A stretch of DNA of 63,272 nt, filler included, from Octopus bimaculoides (taxonomy: Eukaryota), in assembly GCF_001194135.2 (NCBI RefSeq). It is 3 parts of 3 records of this genome, joined end to end, with 100 filler letters (N's around TTAATTAATTAA, not from the genome) between each part and the next. Parts side by side here need not be neighbours in the genome. Positions count along the whole stretch, not along the records: positions 12,567 to 36,902 come from NC_069004.1; 2 more parts are not named here. The stretch is one strand, 5' to 3'. The notes below the pieces were generated by a model that did no database searches, had not been told where the DNA came from, and saw only the letters and a list, made by a program, of their open reading frames with translations. This document shows, in pieces, positions 12,798 through 26,496 of the stretch. Position 1 is the first letter of the stretch. Each line of letters opens with the position of its first letter. Both the position numbers and the translations under genes were made by a program.

Positions 12798-13194
12798 CAT
12801 ATGCACACACATACATATATATATATACACATACATAAATACACTATGTCACATACACGCATGCATACACACACATGTATCTACACATATACACACACAA
12901 GTCACACAAAGAACATGAGTGATATTCTGAAGCAGAGAGGAAACAAACAAAATATACATCGAGTCAAACAAATGGAAACAAATGATTGAAAAAGCAGAAA
13001 AATATAAAGCAGAAAAACAAAACTCAAAGAAGTGTACAATAAAGATAAATACACCAAAGGAAGAAACAGAATTCAATGTTTTGGCTGATACAGACACATA
13101 CATGTATGGATATATCTGCATAAATATATGTATGTCTGTAACATAAATACATACATATACACACATATATATTTATGTATATATCTATATGATA

Positions 13195-13260
<66 letters not shown>

Positions 13261-13315
13261 TATGTAAACATGNNNNNNNNNNACACATGTATATACACAT
13301 ACACACACTTATATA

Positions 13316-13358
<43 letters not shown>

Positions 13359-13684
13359 TATATACCATACTTTTATATAAATATACACACATACACACAT
13401 TCTCACGCCTAGTCATCTCCAGTCCACTCCAGTGAATGCAACTTAGAAAATCAGCTAAATTGACTGAGAAGCTAACAGATTGGTCAGTGGCCAAAGTAAT
13501 GGCCAGTTATTATGTTATGGACATACTTAAAGACTGGAGTGGACAACCAGTGTTATGGAACTGATTCCAGTTATAGAAACTTTCAACTTGGAACTATTCT
13601 CAAAGAGCAAAAGAAATTATAGAGAATTACCAAAACTATGTTGAGATATTGAAGGAGAAGATTTGTGGAAATGAGAGGAAAATG

Positions 13685-13689
<5 letters not shown>

Positions 13690-13736
<47 letters not shown>

Positions 13737-14044
13737 CGCATATATATATATATATGCATACATACACACATATTTGTGTATATGTATGTATACGTGTGTA
13801 TATATATATATACACACACCAATATACATATATATGTGTGTCTGTGTACATATGTATGTATATATATACATACATATATACACACACATACGTGTGTATA
13901 CGTTGTGTGTACATATACACACACACATATATACATATATATATACACACATACACATATATATATATATATACATATATATATACATACACATATATAT
14001 ACATACACACACATATATATATATATATACATATATATATACAT

Positions 14045-14085
<41 letters not shown>

Positions 14086-14121
14086 TACATATATACATGT
14101 ATATATATATGNNNNNNNNNN

Positions 14122-14190
<69 letters not shown>
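13690..14190. repeat. Compound (TA)n/(CA)n/(TG)n microsatellite array
   Basis: Direct reading of the sequence; it generates spurious [12 protein letters not shown] ORFs. Confidence 0.95.
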
Positions 14191-14191
<1 letters not shown>

Positions 14192-14544
14192 ATACACACA
14201 ACATTTAAGTCAGAAGTTAAAGGATGAGAATTATGATAGTCAACATCATCTTTTGTGTGTGTGTGTGTGTGTGTGCGCACACACTTATGTTAATATTTGA
14301 TTCTATGTTAAGTTAATATTAAAAACAATCTTACATGAATTTGATGGGTGACTCAATATTTTTTCTTGAGTAGAAATTTATTATTATCAAACAACAATAG
14401 TACCGACAGTGACTTCGAAGTTTTTCAACTTTCTAGCCTTTCTTGGATATGGATGATGACTTAGCTGGCTGAAACTTCAAAGTTACTGTCAATATCTTGT
14501 TAAAGAATAAAGCAGTGAGCTGGCAGATGGGTGACTTCAGACTT

Positions 14545-15067
14545 TACCACCAGACTTACAAAGAATAAGTCCTGAGTTTGATTTGTTCGACTAAAGGCAG
14601 TGCTCCAGCATGGCCACAGTCAAATGACTGAAACAGGTAAAAGAATAAAAAATACATATATATATTACACATACACATGTGTATGTATATTCTTATGTTT
14701 GTTTCAGTCATTTGACTGGGGCCATGCTGGAGCACCACATTGAAGGGATTTTGTATTCAAACAAATTATTTTTTTAGGCTAGTATTTATTCTATTGGTCT
14801 TTTTTGCCAAACTACTAAGTCACAGGGATTTAAACACACCAACACTTGGTTGCCAGTACCGCCTGACTGGCCTTTGTGTCGGTGGCACGTAAAAGCACCC
14901 ACTACACTCTCTGAGTGGTTGGCGTTAGGAAGGGCATCCAGCTGTAGAAACTCTGCCAGATCAGATTGGAGCCTGGTGTAGCCATCTGGTTTCACCAGTC
15001 CTCAGTCAAATCGTCCAACCCATGCTAGCATGGAAAGCAGACGTTAAACGACGATGATGATGATGAT
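14545..15067. mobile_element. Cluster: two opposed SINE fragments (14545-14645 +, 14697-14850 -) and an RTE tail (14855-15067 +)
   Basis: Matches to the 2385-2782 SINE in both orientations, and to the RTE tail ending in (GAT)n. Confidence 0.75.
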
Positions 15068-16154
15068 GAACACCAGTTGTCAAGTGGTGATAGAAGGAGA
15101 AAACACAGACACAAAGACACACACAAGTGTGTATACGCTCAGACATATACTTTCTGCAACCTTCTCATTTTATCACAATGCTGTATCCTCCTTTATAGCC
15201 AACATCTCCACACACAGCAATCGCTGTATCACTTTATATATTCTTCATCTAAATTCCATTATATTTACGAGGTGTGTATTTAGTTTAAACGTTGCAATTC
15301 TCCAGTATTTTTCTAATTCACTTCAAGCATTCTGCTTCTCTGCTTCATTTCCAAAAATTCAGTGGAATTTACTCCTCACTAAATCTAATTTCGTCTTGAA
15401 GACATTTCATCTCGGTTGCCAACGCCATCAGGAAATTTGGCAACAACAGCCTCTACACACATAGACTATATTCTGAGAGATTGTACTCTCCAAATGTTTT
15501 CATTATTTGCGAGAGAACAGAGAAAAGGTGGGTGGGGGAGCAGAAGGGTGGGGGNNNNNNNNNNNNNNNNNNNNNNNNNNNNNNNNNNNNNNNNNNNNNN
15601 NNNNNNNNNNNNNNNNNNNNNNNNNNNNNNNNNNNNNNNNNNNNNNNNNNNNNNNNNNNNNNNNNNNNNNNNNNNNNNNNNNNNNNNNNNNNNNNNNNNN
15701 NNNNNNNNNNNNNNNNNNNNNNNNNNNNNNNNNNNNNNNNNNNNNNNNNNNNNNNNNNNNNNNNNNNNNNNNNNNNNNNNNNNNNNNNNNNNNNNNNNNN
15801 NNNNNNNNNNNNNNNNNNNNNNNNNNNNNNNNNNNNNNNNNNNNNNNNNNNNNNNNNNNNNNNNNNNNNNNNNNNNNNNNNNNNNNNNNNNNNNNNNNNN
15901 NNNNNNNNNNNNNNNNNNNNNNNNNNNNNNNNNNNNNNNNNNNNNNNNNNNNNNNNNNNNNNNNNNNNNNNNNNNNNNNNNNNNNNNNNNNNNNNNNNNN
16001 NNNNNNNNNNNNNNNNNNNNNNNNNNNNNNNNNNNNNNNNNNNNNNNNNNNNNNNNNNNNNNNNNNNNNNNNNNNNNNNNNNNNNNNNNNNNNNNNNNNN
16101 NNNNNCTCCCTCATAATTTCCTTAATAATGCATAGCTTTTAATGAAATTTTGGC

Positions 16155-16320
16155 CAGGGCTGTAGCTGTGTGGCAAGTAGCTTGCTTACCAACCACATGG
16201 TTCTGGGTTCAGTCCCACTGTGTGGAACCTTGGGCAAGTGTCTTCTACTATAGCCTCGGGCCGATCAAAGCCGTGTGAGTGGATTTGGTAGACGGAAACA
16301 GAAAGAAACCTGTCGGCGAT
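16155..16320 (+). mobile_element. 5' part of tRNA-derived SINE
   Basis: GCTGTGTGGCAAGTAGCTTGC...GGGTTCAGTCCCACTG...GGATTTGGTAGACGGAAAC matches the 2385-2782 family head. Confidence 0.75.
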
Positions 16321-16479
16321 TTAAATAAGAGTTTTGACTGTTTTTATCTTCTATACGAATATTATTACATACATAACACGTGTGTGTATTCTTTCCCTTC
16401 GCCAATATTGGAAAGAAGAAAAAAAGAAAGAAGACATCAATGCGACATCAAGTGCCTCGATTGGTCGCACACCACAAGG

Positions 16480-16790
16480 TTGAACGGAACCTACTGAAAC
16501 AAGCCAACACTGGCGCGGCGTTACCACGGGCGATGGCGAAGCTAAGGCGTTGGAACAGTCAAGAAACTCCACGGGCATCACCTGACGCCCCGGTAAGCTG
16601 CCGACGATGACAAGAACATCGCGAATAGTGGCCCAGTAACTCTAAACGTCTCAAACGCCACAGGTTGGAATAGATAGTTCCCTGCCGGGTCCTGATATTT
16701 CAGGGGGTTGTTCTGTTCGGCTACGGAAGCAGTGACCCTCCCATTTATCGCAACATCCAGAATGTGGGAGTTTTAATTACCATGACGTTT
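16480..16790 (-). mobile_element. CRE-like non-LTR retrotransposon remnant, C-terminal restriction-like endonuclease region
   Basis: Minus-strand translation ASVAEQNNPLKYQDPAGNYLFQPVAFETFRVTGP... then (frameshift) LFQRLSFAIARGNAAPVL matches the AE..K..KY / F.P.A.ET.G / QRLS.AI.RGNA motifs of CRE-clade RLE domains. Confidence 0.7.
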
Positions 16791-17059
16791 TAATTAATAA
16801 AACCACAAAGACTTACCCAATAGGTGTACTTGACTTGACGTTCGCTATTTTCTCGTCAACATATAAAGTTTGACATCAAGTTTTTCGCCTTTTCCATGGT
16901 AAATAATAGGAAATTTTTGTTACATGAAGTTGGAGGTTGTTTTCTACTTTAAACTGATTTTAAAAAAAACGTGATAATAATTTGGCTTTGTGTTGGAATA
17001 TGTTCGAACGTGCTTGCTTGCATGTTATGGTAGAAATGGCCTTCTCGAAAAAAGAGCGA

Positions 17060-17099
17060 ATCGGCGTTAAACGGAATGGTGTTAAACGAGGTATTACTG
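17060..17099 (-). mobile_element. Possible pogo/Tigger-like TIR end
   Basis: Minus strand begins CAGTAATACCTCGTTTAACACC. No partner TIR or intact TA TSD was found. Confidence 0.3.
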
Positions 17100-19040
17100 T
17101 GCGCGCGCACATACACACACGTATGTACATGGGAGAAGAGAATATTTAACCTAAAACTTCATCAGAGGTGGGGGGGGGGGAGAAAAAGGAAAAAAGAAAA
17201 AAACTGAAATAAAATGAATTGNNNNNNNNNNNNNNNNNNNNNNNNNNNNNNNNNNNNNNNNNNNNNNNNNNNNNNNNNNNNNNNNNNNNNNNNNNNNNNN
17301 NNNNNNNNNNNNNNNNNNNNNNNNNNNNNNNNNNNNNNNNNNNNNNNNNNNNNNNNNNNNNNNNNNNNNNNNNNNNNNNNNNNNNNNNNNNNNNNNNNNN
17401 NNNNNNNNNNNNNNNNNNNNNNNNNNNNNNNNNNNNNNNNNNNNNNNNNNNNNNNNNNNNNNNNNNNNNNNNNNNNNNNNNNNNNNNNNNNNNNNNNNNN
17501 NNNNNNNNNNNNNNNNNNNNNNNNNNNNNNNNNNNNNNNNCCGATCGATCGATAGATAGATAAATATACACGCCCATACATACGTATGTATGAATGTAGA
17601 AATATACACGCTGGCGAAGTAGCGGAGTCGTTTGTGCGCTGAATAGATTGTTTTTCAGGCGGTGCCCCAGCATGGCTGCAGTCTGTTGACTGAAATCACT
17701 AAAAAAAAAATACATTCGTATATATATTTTCATGTGTGCACACATATATACACATGTATTAAACCCGGTCACACACACACACGTATGTACATGGGAGAAG
17801 AGAATATTTAACCTAAAACTTCATCAGAGGTGGGGGGGGGGGAGAAAAAGGAAAAAAGAAAAAAACTGAAATAAAATGAATTGAAATTGAATTTTCCGGT
17901 GAACGAACTAAAAACTATACATTTTAAAAAAACGAAAAACGACACATACATACAAAAAAGAAGATGTAATCTTTGAAATTATCTCTATTACACTTTTTAT
18001 ATCTCGTCAATAATTTGTGACATATCGAATAAATCATTTTAATTAATAGCTGTAGTAGTTTTAGTTAAGGGTTTTTAAAACGACGTGCAAGAAGTTAAAG
18101 ACCCACAAACACAAACACACAACACATACACACGCCATGCAAAAACGAAAGAAAATAACGAAAGACCCTAATCTAATGAAATTAATCGGATAATATTTTG
18201 TAATGACTGTTTTATCAAGTGAAATAACAAGATGGGAACAGTAAATCACTGAAATCGTTCTTTTTACGAGTCTCTCGTTGGTTCATGTCTTTTTCTTTTC
18301 TTTCTGTTTCATTATTGCGTAACGATGGAATTTGTAAACCTGGAGTTAGTGAATTCGTTGATTTTAGTAGCCCCGTTAATACTATACGCCCGAAGCCCGG
18401 CGAAAGAAAAAGAAAACCTGNNNNNNNNNNNNNNNNNNNNNNNNNNNNNNNNNNNNNNNNNNNNNNNNNNNNNNNNNNNNNNNNNNNNNNNNNNNNNNNN
18501 NNNNNNNNNNNNNNNNNNNNNNNNNNNNNNNNNNNNNNNNNNNNNNNNNNNNNNNNNNNNNNNNNNNNNNNNNNNNNNNNNNNNNNNNNNNNNNNNNNNN
18601 NNNNNNNNNNNNNNNNNNNNNNNNNNNNNNNNNNNNNNNNNNNNNNNNNNNNNNNNNNNNNNNNNNNNNNNNNNNNNNNNNNNNNNNNNNNNNNNNNNNN
18701 NNNNNNNNNNNNNNNNNNNNNNNNNNNNNNNNNNNNNNNNNNNNNNNNNNNNNNNNNNNNNNNNNNNNNNNNNNNNNNNNNNNNNNNNNNNNNNNNNNNN
18801 NNNNNNNNNNNNNNNNNNNNNNNNNNNNNNNNNNNNNNNNNNNNNNNNNNNNNNNNNNNNNNNNNNNNNNNNNNNNNNNNNNNNNNNNNNNNNNNNNNNT
18901 TTACGTCTCTTGTTCAAGACAGCTTCCTGACAATGGAGATATTTCTTCGTTAGGACCTGCTTACTGAGTGATTTGGTCACCTAAATGATGTGGTTGTCCT
19001 CTTGTTGTTTTTATTCGAAAGTCCCAAACAAGGCGAGAAG

Positions 19041-19270
19041 TCACTTAACGTAAGGGACTACGAAAATGAAAAGAACGAATTTACTTTGAATTTGAAAGAT
19101 TTCGGGCAATAAGAAGGAAAAAAAAACAAAAAAAAAAAAACACTGAGATGGAAGAAAGTTCCAAAGTCTGACAATTCGAGGGAAAAAGTTACGATCGTAG
19201 AAAGACTTCCTTATTCGTGAAAGCACGACGCATTTGGATGAAGATGCTGTGAGTTTCGAGTCAGTCAAGA
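19041..19270 (-). mobile_element. LINE 3' end remnant (CR1/L2/Jockey group)
   Basis: Translation SRIRKSFYDRNFFPRIVRLWNFLPSQCF...PEIFQIQSK resembles the SFFPR....WN.LP C-terminal LINE motif. Confidence 0.6.
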
Positions 19271-19453
19271 TGGCACAAAGGGATCCAAAACTGCGAGAAA
19301 GTTCATCAGAACACTTTCTGATGCACCCGTGTCATCCTTCGTCACTTAACGACCATTATGATGCTCCTGATGATGATGATGATGATGATGCCCCTCTACT
19401 GCAATGCCACCCTGCTTCCCAGCCACCCTCGCACCCAGAAATCCGGCATTTCT

Positions 19454-19596
19454 ACCACCCAATCCCTCCCGGATGTTTAGCCACTCTCACACCAAATCAC
19501 CCTGATATCCAATTACACTTAACCACCCAATCCCTCCCGGATGTTTAGCCACTCTCACACCAAATCACCCTGATATCCAATTACACTTAACCACCC
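19454..19596. repeat. Exact 68-bp tandem duplication
   Basis: ACCACCCAATCCCTCCCGG... starts at 19454 and 19522, with a partial third start at 19590. Confidence 0.9.
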
Positions 19597-20024
19597 GGCC
19601 GCCCTACTACCCACACACCCAGCTACCCACCCCATCCCAGATAACAAGCCACTTATCCTAATTTTCTGAATACCAGTTGACTCAGATGTCCAATGACTCA
19701 TCCACCCACTCAACTACCGAACTATCCAGATGCCAATATCCTCAACCATTTATCTACCCGCATACTTAGATATCCACCCAATCAAACACCAGTCGACTCA
19801 CATACCCATAAACGCACCCACCCAAATATCCATCCAGTCAACCACTCATCTATTCATTCTTCGACCCTCTACCCACTCCAACTACTTGTCCATCCACTAG
19901 CAGGAGGGGCGGTCCACTCCTGGGTAGCACTTTTAAAGGGGAGGCACTTTCGGGTCTGCTGTAAGCAATAGGTGTTTTTTAGTGAGGTCTGGGGGTGACA
20001 AACGGAAGGGCCACCCCGATCACC

Positions 20025-20575
20025 CATCTACCTCTATCACCCACCTACCCCTAATACATTCTCACCTCTACTCTCTACCCATCAATACGTATATCCACCC
20101 TACTTTTTATCAATCCCCAACCATATTCTAACACCATTATCCCTAATACATTCTCACTATTACTATCTACCCATCCACCCGTATATCTATCACCCACCTA
20201 CCCCTAATACATTCTCACTTCTACTACCTACCTATTCACCCATATATCTACCCATACTTTCTATCAACCCTTAATACTGGCCTACCCCTCATACATTCTC
20301 GCTTGTACTACCTACCCATCCACCCGTATGTCCACCCCTGTTTTTTATCAATCCACAACCGCATACTAACACCATTACCCTCTTCCCCTAATACATCCTC
20401 TCTACTACAATCTACCCATCCACCCGTATATCTATCATCTACCTACCCCTAATACCGTCTCAGCTCTACTATCTACCCATCCACCCATGCTTTCTATCAA
20501 CCCTTAATACTGGCCTACCCCTCATATATTCTCGCTTGTACTACCCACCCATCCACCCGTATATCCTGCCATTCA
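20025..20575. repeat. C-rich minisatellite with higher-order ~235-bp period
   Basis: Core CCCCTAATACATTCTCAC..CTACTATCTACCCATCCACCCGTATATC recurs about 8 times; larger blocks recur at 20251/20484 and 20104/20342. Confidence 0.75.
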
Positions 20576-20779
20576 CTCACCCAGTTTTTCCGTTATCCAT
20601 CCACCCCGAACACAATCGCCAACCTTTGCTGGAAGCTACACTTGCTATAATCGATATCAATATCACCATGATCTGATATCTGACCATATCGATTAAAATC
20701 GAACGCACACACTTATCTCACACACGTGACCCTGGGTATGCGGGAGTACGTTCATATGGGAGTGCGTCTGTGTTTATAG

Positions 20780-21631
20780 GTGTATGTGCGTATGTACGTA
20801 GGCGTATGTGTGCGAGATGTGTATGTACGTGCATATGTGTGTGTGTGTGTGTGTGTGTGTGTAGGCATACAATACTGTGTATATGTGTCCAATGTGTATG
20901 TATGTGCATATGTGTGACAGAGAGAAAGAGAGAGTGTGTGTGTATATATATATATATATATGTGTGTGTGTATATGTAGAACTTGTGTGTGTGTGTGTAG
21001 GCACATAAGTGTGCAATGTGTATGTATGTATATACAGGCAACACTGAGTATGACTGTACGTCGATATATTGTATATGTAACTGTATGTGTGTGTGTGATC
21101 GTGTATGAAGATGTATATGCGTAGAGTATGTATGTATGTGTATATATGTGTGCCAATGTATATGTGTGTGTGTGTGTGTATCCACGTACATTATGTCTAT
21201 ATGCGTATACATGTATGTATGTATGTATGTATATATATATGTGTGTATATATATATATATATATGTATGCATGTATGTAAATATATGTAAGGCTGTATGT
21301 GTGAATGGGTGATTCTGTAAATATATATTTGTGTGTGTAAGTGTGTGTGTGTGTATGTGTGTGTGAGAGAGAGAGAGTGGCAGAGCGTGTGTGTATATAG
21401 AACTATGTGCATGTTTATGTAGGCGTCGATTGTGCAATGTGTATGTACGTGTATGCATATATGTTCATATGTGAGTACATATACGGGTTTATCGGTGTGT
21501 GTGTGTGTGTGTGCATATCGAGGTTCCGCTCGCTATGAAACATATGTAGCCAGATCTTAACCATTCCATTCCTTAACTCTTCTACACACACACACACACA
21601 CACACACATACATATAATATACATATATATC

Positions 21632-21662
<31 letters not shown>

Positions 21663-21721
21663 TATATGTTATACACATATATATGTATCATATATGTATA
21701 TATTATATACAAATATATATC

Positions 21722-21753
<32 letters not shown>

Positions 21754-22087
21754 TACATATATATTTTATATATGTACGTATGCGTTTAGATATGTATGCG
21801 TGCGCGCGTGCGTATGTATAAGTGCGCAAGAGTGTATGTGTATGTACGTGTATTTGTATGTATATACGTGTGTATATACATATGTTCTTCTGCGTGTGTG
21901 AGTATATATATGTATATGTATGTGTGTGTATGTGTGTGGGCGTATGTACAAGTGCATAAGAGTGTATGTGTATGTACGCGTCCGTATATGTATGTATATG
22001 CGTGTGTGCATGTGTACGTGTTTCCGCGCGTGTGAGAGTTTATGTGTGCATGCGTGGGTACGTGTGTGTGTGTGTGTGTGTGTGTGT

Positions 22088-22124
<37 letters not shown>

Positions 22125-22509
22125 AACACAGAGAAAGCGACGATCAAAAACGTCGTTCAGCCTCCCCGTTGGTTAGATGTCAGGTTTGATGTTTCTGTAA
22201 TTCCTTTTGTCATATATTTTGGTAAGTGAGGATCGTGGCACTTGTNNNNNNNNNNNNNNNNNNNNNNNNNNNNNNNNNNNNNNNNNNNNNNNNNNNNNNN
22301 NNNNNNNNNNNNNNNNNNNNNNNNNNNNNNNNNNNNNNNNNNNNNNNNNNNNNNNNNNNNNNNNNNNNNNNNNNNNNNNNNNNNNNNNNNNNNNNNNNNN
22401 NNNNNNNNNNNNNNNNNNNNNNNNNNNNNNNNNNNNNNNNNNNNNNNNNNNNNNNNNNNNNNNNNNNNNNNNNNNNNNNNNNNNNNNNNNNNNNNNNNNN
22501 NNNAATATG

Positions 22510-22553
<44 letters not shown>

Positions 22554-22910
22554 TATAAACATATATATGTGGGTGTGTTTGAGATGTATGCACTTATGTG
22601 TGTGTGTGTATATATATATATATATACATATACGTATATAAATATATGTATATGTATATGTATATATGTATATGTATATATGTATATATGTATGTGTATA
22701 TATGTATATGTGTATATATGTATATATATATGTATATGTGTGCATAGGTATATGTATATATGTATATGTGTGTATAGGTATATGTATATATGTATATGTG
22801 TATATATGTATATATATATACACATATACATACATACAGGCACACGCATACACACACACAGAAATGTGTGTGTATATAAATGTATGCACGTATGTATGTA
22901 TATCTTCAGA
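20780..22910. repeat. Large compound TG/TA/CA/TC microsatellite region, interrupted by short unique islands and a gap
   Basis: Direct reading of the sequence. Confidence 0.9.
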
Positions 22911-24399
22911 CAAAAAAACATATAACACTATTGGTGGTTGCTGATCATGACAATGATACGTTAAAAAGAGAACGAATTCAAAGAAAAAAATACAACACTC
23001 CGCATAGTAATAATAATAATAACGATATAAATAACAATAATAATAATATATAACAATATAAATAACAATATTGGTACAAGGTGAGAAATTCAGAAACATA
23101 AATGTATTCAACTTCATCTCTGCCTTAATCCCAACCCTCTGTTTAAAATGTAGCATCCGATATAGCTTCAAGCTTTCTATATCTCATACACCAGTATTTC
23201 GTACACAATCATTCTTATCACAAAACTTTCAATAAAAATAATATCAAAGTAAGTTACAGTTGTATACTTAATATCTGACTATTGCCATAACCAGGATCAA
23301 TAAAAAAAAAAAAAGAAGTTCCTCTCAGAGACATTCCAAACTCGTCACCTCAATATATCGGTAGTAACATCACATACTTCCCTCTTTAAGATATGAGATT
23401 CACAATGACAGTTTGCATGTTGTGTGAATGTGGTCCCTGTAAGATGTTGCTGAAAAAAAAAATGTTTATATTGGTATCAGAGAGGAAACTTTTAAAGATA
23501 AGTATGCTCAGCACGTATATTCGTTCGGACATATTGATGAACGAATCACAACTCAACAACTCAATGTGTGAGATTTCCAAATATCGGGATATAATCCTAA
23601 GGGGGTGGGGAACGGGTAGGCAGAAGAAAGAAAGAAAATGTAGGAGAGGAGAAGAGTTGAGACGTAGTGTTATCTCTGCAGTGTATCGTTTGAAGGTAAC
23701 AGAAATGACAGTGACAGGACCGCTGGTTTTGTTAACTTGAAATGACCGGATATTTTCATTTTTACGTTTAGTGTGTATGTAATGGTATACCAGGTGAATG
23801 GGGGAGGGATTTAAGAAAGGGTTAATCTTAGGTGCGAGGTTCAGAGTTGGCTGCAAAGCAGGCGACAAATACTGTAAAACAGCTGAATCCCAGAGAACAA
23901 CTAATGGTAATCATTGGTAAATAGTGAGTACGAAAAGCCCAAACAATGGAATAATCTTTCTTACATAAAGGTGCACAGTTGGTGGCGTGCATTGATTAAC
24001 AGGAGAACAGAAACAACGGATTTCTGAGCGGATGTTTCAACTGAGTTACATCGTTACGTCTATAAAGTTTGGCAAATAGTTTTCACATACACCCTTTCGG
24101 CCGTGTGAGATATTGATGGAGTATTATGCCTGCCGCTATATGTGCATAATAAACGTACAAAGAGTCACGTTGTGAAGAAAATGCATTCTGACGAAACTTC
24201 AATGGAAGCCAAGGCCAGTCGGTTTGATTATGATTCGGATTTTCTAATAAAAAGCGTGTTCTTTAACTTCGGACGTTTCCTTTTACGGTGAAGACTCACG
24301 TTGCTAAGCTACGAGCATCTGTCACACACACACAGGAACATATATGGCCTTTAGTCTAATGACTGAAACAAGTAAAAGATATGATATATTCCCTTTTTT

Positions 24400-24590
24400 A
24401 TATACTTTTACTTGTTTCAGTCATTTGACTGCGGCCAAGCTGGAGCACCACCCTGAATAGTCTTTAGTCGAACAAATCGACCCCCTAGTACTTATTCTAT
24501 CGGTCTGTTTTGCGAAACCGCTAAGTTACAAGGACATAAACACACCAACACCGGTTATCAGGTGGTGATGTCAGGGGCAGGGGACAAACA
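24400..24590 (-). mobile_element. SINE 3' part (2385-2782 family)
   Basis: TTACTTGTTTCAGTCATTTGACTGCGGCCAAGCTGGAGCACC...GAAACCGCTAAGTTAC; truncated by a gap. Confidence 0.75.
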
Positions 24591-25031
24591 NNNNNNNNNN
24601 NNNNNNNNNNNNNNNNNNNNNNNNNNNNNNNNNNNNNNNNNNNNNNNNNNNNNNNNNNNNNNNNNNNNNNNNNNNNNNNNNNNNNNNNNNNNNNNNNNNN
24701 NNNNNNNNNNNNNNNNNNNNNNNNNNNNNNNNNNNNNNNNNNNNNNNNNNNNNNNNNNNNNNNNNNNNNNNNNNNNNNNNNNNNNNNNNNNNNNNNNNNN
24801 NNNNNNNNNNNNNNNNNNNNNNNNNNNNNNNNNNNNNNNNNNNNNNNNNNNNNNNNNNNNNNNNNNNNNNNNNNNNNNNNNNNNNNNNNNNNNNNNNNNN
24901 NNNNNNNNNNNNNNNNNNNNNNNNNNNNNNNNNNNNNNNNNNNNNNNNNNNNNNNNNNNNNNNNNNNNNNNNNNNNNNNNNNNNNNNNNNNNNNNNNNNN
25001 NNNNNNNNNNNNNNNNNNNNNNNNNNNNNNN

Positions 25032-25074
<43 letters not shown>

Positions 25075-25599
25075 GACGGGGTTAAAAGCAAAACGGAGAA
25101 GACATTTAAGGGAAGACAAAAGGTGTTGATAGAACAGGGGATGACGGGGAAGAAGGGGGTGGATAAAATATTTGATACTAAATAATGTTTAATCATAAAG
25201 AAGAGAGAGATAATGAAAACGATGTAATTATGTTGGCGTGAAATGGGGTAAATAGACAAGAGGGTTATAGAGTGCAGTATAGGGGACAGGCGGCGGGGTT
25301 AGGATGAGAAGGGGGTAGACAGGGATGGATAAAACAAAGACTTCTTGGAATGTTGTTTAGGAGGGGAGGGCTTAGAAGGAAGGGTTTTGCGTTGACTGTG
25401 GGTCAGGGGTTAGAGTTTAAGGGTTAGGGGTCAGAGATCAGAGTGAAATGGTGCGAATTGAAAGTGATTATAGCTAAACACAGAATACTTGAGCAGACAG
25501 GAGGTGGGGGTGGGGGAAGGAAGGCATATTTGTGTGATTTAGTGTTAATAAATGTTTAAGGTTCAACATGGCGCGTATCGTTAGAAAATCTGAAGTAAA

Positions 25600-25945
25600 T
25601 TTAATGTAATGTCATTTGTTGTCGAAATTTAAACAGATGAACCAGCAAACTGCGGTCCTCATTGAAGTATCGAGGCGCAATCTATGAGACTGCTGAGAGA
25701 TATGAACTCTGGATGCACAGCAGATATAGCTCTGCTGTCACCACTGGTAAGGATCCCATTAGAGAAAGGAGTCAAGCAAGGAGATAGCATCTCTCCAAAG
25801 CTCTTTACTGCATGTCTAGAAATGACCAACAAGGACCTGACTGGAGGTGGTAAGAACATCAGTGGCGAGCAACTAACACACCTCCGATTTGCAGACGACA
25901 TTGTACTCTTCACTGGAGCCACAGACCAGCTGCAGACCTTCTGAC
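25600..25945 (+). mobile_element. RTE-type LINE reverse transcriptase fragment
   Basis: IPLEKGVKQGDSISPKLFTACLEM...GEQLTHLRFADDIVLF contains the GV.QGD..SP and FADD RT motifs. Confidence 0.85.
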
Positions 25946-26233
25946 AAGGATGGACATACATACATAGATACATATGTATATGTACAGTATGGTTGTGTGA
26001 TTGAGAAGCCTGCTTCCCTATCATGTGGCCTTGGATTCAGCCCTACTGCATGACACCTTGGCAGACGGAAACTGAAAGAAGCTTCTTGTATATGTATATA
26101 TTTATGTGCATCTGTGTGTTTATGTTTGTCCCAACCAGTGGCATAGCTAAAAGAGGAGCAAAGGGAGCGAACGCTCCACACGAGCACATTTTTCAAAATT
26201 GGCTCCTTTTCAACATTTTTTAACTCTTTAGAT

Positions 26234-26496
26234 CAATGGTTCCCAAACTTTTTCGGGCTGCTGTCCCCTTGACACCCAGATCACATTCCTATCTCCCCCA
26301 CCCCCAACTAACCATCACAAACATAGACCTGTTTCTGAAGCAATTTCAAAACAACTGTATTTCACAAATAAAACTTAACCTAATGAACCCATTATTTTGT
26401 TGTTTTTACATGAATCGCTACCCCATTATCACCCCACTTTTCTTCAGCTTTTCACCGCCCCCAGGGGTGCAATACCGCCCACTTTTTGAACCACTG
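26234..26496. mobile_element. hAT (Charlie-like) MITE with 8-bp TSD
   Basis: Imperfect TIRs CAATGGTTCCCAAACT / reverse complement CAGTGGTTCAAAAAGT; identical 8-bp flanks CTTTAGAT at 26226-26233 and 26497-26504. Confidence 0.85.

Noticed and set aside
17113-17883. Identical 109-bp direct repeat (17113-17221 and 17775-17883)
   Set aside because: The first copy ends exactly at an N gap, typical of an unmerged contig overlap.
24183-24235. CTGACGA followed by a CTTC/GAAG hairpin
   Set aside because: GAAA is replaced by CAAG and there is no stem I.
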